Shown here: piece after piece, positions 62,522-64,000 of the stretch
Position numbering within the stretch: position 1 is the first letter of the stretch
Layout of the letters: each line of letters starts with the position of its first letter
DNA from: Ranitomeya imitator
Lineage: Eukaryota
Direction: 5' to 3'
Length of the DNA: 64,000 nucleotides
Assembly (NCBI RefSeq): GCF_032444005.1
Contig: NC_091283.1
Span: 558,868,001 to 558,932,000, forward strand
Translations under genes and position numbers: made by a program
The notes under the pieces: model-generated
What the model saw: the letters and a program-made list of their open reading frames with translations, nothing else
What the model was told of the DNA's origin: nothing
The model's database searches: none

Positions 62522-62989
62522 GGCCGGCGTCACACTGGCGTTTTAAACGGCCGAGTGCAATGCGATAAAAAATTGCATTGCACTCGGACCAATGTTGAGC
62601 TATGGGGCAGCTCCCAGCAGCCGACTTTTTGTCGGCCGTTTTCCTCGGTCCGAGACAATCACAGCATGCTGCGATTGTCTCGGACCGAGGAAAACTCTCG
62701 GCTCACTCGCACCCATATAAGCCTATGGGTAGCGAGTGAGACAGCGCACACCACTCTGATATCATCCGAGTGATGTGCGTTATAAGCGGACCCCAGCAAT
62801 GGAGGAGATGGAGAAATTCATTTCTCCGCCTCCTCCGCCGTTGTGCTCCGATCCTCCCTGTGCGAGAGAATCGGAGCACAGACGCATGACACTCGGCTCC
62901 TGCTCTGCTACGAACAGGAGCCGAGTATCATTAGCATATGGCATCCGATTATCTCGCATCGGATGCAATACGCCAGTGTGACCCCGGCC
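62522..62989. mobile_element. Harbinger MITE (GGCCGG(C/G)GTCACACT)
   Basis: TAA|GGCCGGCGTCACACTGGCGT ... ACGCCAGTGTGACCCCGGCC|TAA. Confidence 0.88.
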
Positions 62990-63425
62990 TAATGCTTCAT
63001 TACCAGATATGTGGTCGAAGACTGCTCATTGCAGCTAATGTATGTGTGGATTTTCTGAAACCACAGGAAGTTAGAGACTAAAAAACCCAGTGACCAGTAT
63101 GAAAGATTGTGATATGGGAAAAAAAAAAAAATCTTGCTCTAATTTGAAAACTATCCCCTATCTGAAGAGCTTTGTTTGCGTGAAGCAGAGGTCCATCATG
63201 CACAATGCCAATCTAGTCACTGTTATGGGAGGCCAAACAACAGCTAAGCTCAGTGCTCAAAAATCTCCAGAGGTCACGTTACTGAATGGAGCAGCAGAGA
63301 GCATGATTTATTCATATGGGTTTCTTGGAGCCCCAGTTCTCTGGATCGGTCAGGCACCAGTGGTGAACCCCCAGCGATTGGCAAGTTGTCCACTATCCCC
63401 AGTGTAGAAGCTAACTTCCCAACAT

Positions 63426-63802
63426 AGAGGTTGTCCACTACTTTATCATTGATGATTTATCCTTAGGATAGGTCATCAATGTCTGATCAGTTGGGGTCCA
63501 GCACCCGGCACCCCCATCAGCTGTTCTCTGAGGCAGCGGCCGCTGGCCAGAAGTGCTCGACTGTGGAGCTGCTCAGGGTACTACACATCTGCCTCCTATT
63601 GATTTGAATAGGAAGCAGATGTGAGGTACCCGGCCACTATCAGAAGACAGAGCAACTCCGCAGTTGAGTATTTTGTCCAGCAGCTGCCGACTCTGAGGAC
63701 AGCTAATTGGCAGGGGATGCCGGATGTCCGACCCCAACCAATTCAACATTGATGACCTATCTTTAGGATAGGTCATCAATGATAAAGTAGTGGACAACCT
63801 CT
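63426..63802. mobile_element. Kolobok/T2-type MITE (AGAGGTTGTCCACTAC)
   Basis: About 55-bp TIRs. TTAA on the right; the left TSD is degenerate. Confidence 0.8.
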
Positions 63803-64000
63803 TTAAGACTACCATTTTCTTTTAGTTCTGCACCCAGAATTTCCCATGTGTACCACTAAGTGGCGCTATAATACAATAGTACAGGGTTACATGTAGCACA
63901 TGCTTGTTGTTACATGCCCATGTACCATAGAACAGTGAACTCGAAGAAAATTATACCATGAATAAGGAATGAGCAAAAGAAATAATTACCATAGATGATT

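Noticed and set aside
63067-63100. Candidate SAP30BP exon 4 (also candidates near 59486 and 59669)
   Set aside because: In-frame stop or no similarity to the expected ..EKRDPQELV peptide; exon 4 is probably beyond the window.

Overview
Vertebrate genomic DNA, almost certainly anuran (frog), judged from the TE repertoire. No prokaryotic features. Two host genes lie head-to-head, as in human: RECQL5 on the minus strand (coding exons 5201-5345, 2588-2709, 1-132 and continuing off the left edge) and SAP30BP on the plus strand (coding exons 8230-8320, 13369-13472, 48799-48846; the next exon was not found). Most of the rest is intronic transposon sequence. It includes a full-length PIF/Harbinger element (13915-22607) with 30-bp perfect TIRs, a transposase carrying one frameshift and an intact six-exon MADF gene with an unusual repeated-exon leader. 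There are also three DIRS elements (one nested in another), CR1, R4, L2, Penelope-like fragments with hammerhead cores, Tc1/mariner, Helitron, and many Harbinger, Kolobok/T2, hAT and piggyBac MITEs. The main finding is a Gypsy (Gmr1-like) LTR retrotransposon at 25089-39335 (minus). It keeps both LTRs, a PBS-like site, the PPT, a split protease and apparently the pol C-terminal stub. Integrase, RT and RNase H are replaced by an intronless, diverged copy of the host gene FXR1 that lacks KH1 and has a destroyed KH2 GxxG loop. All homology calls are by-eye comparisons with remembered sequences; no database search was run.
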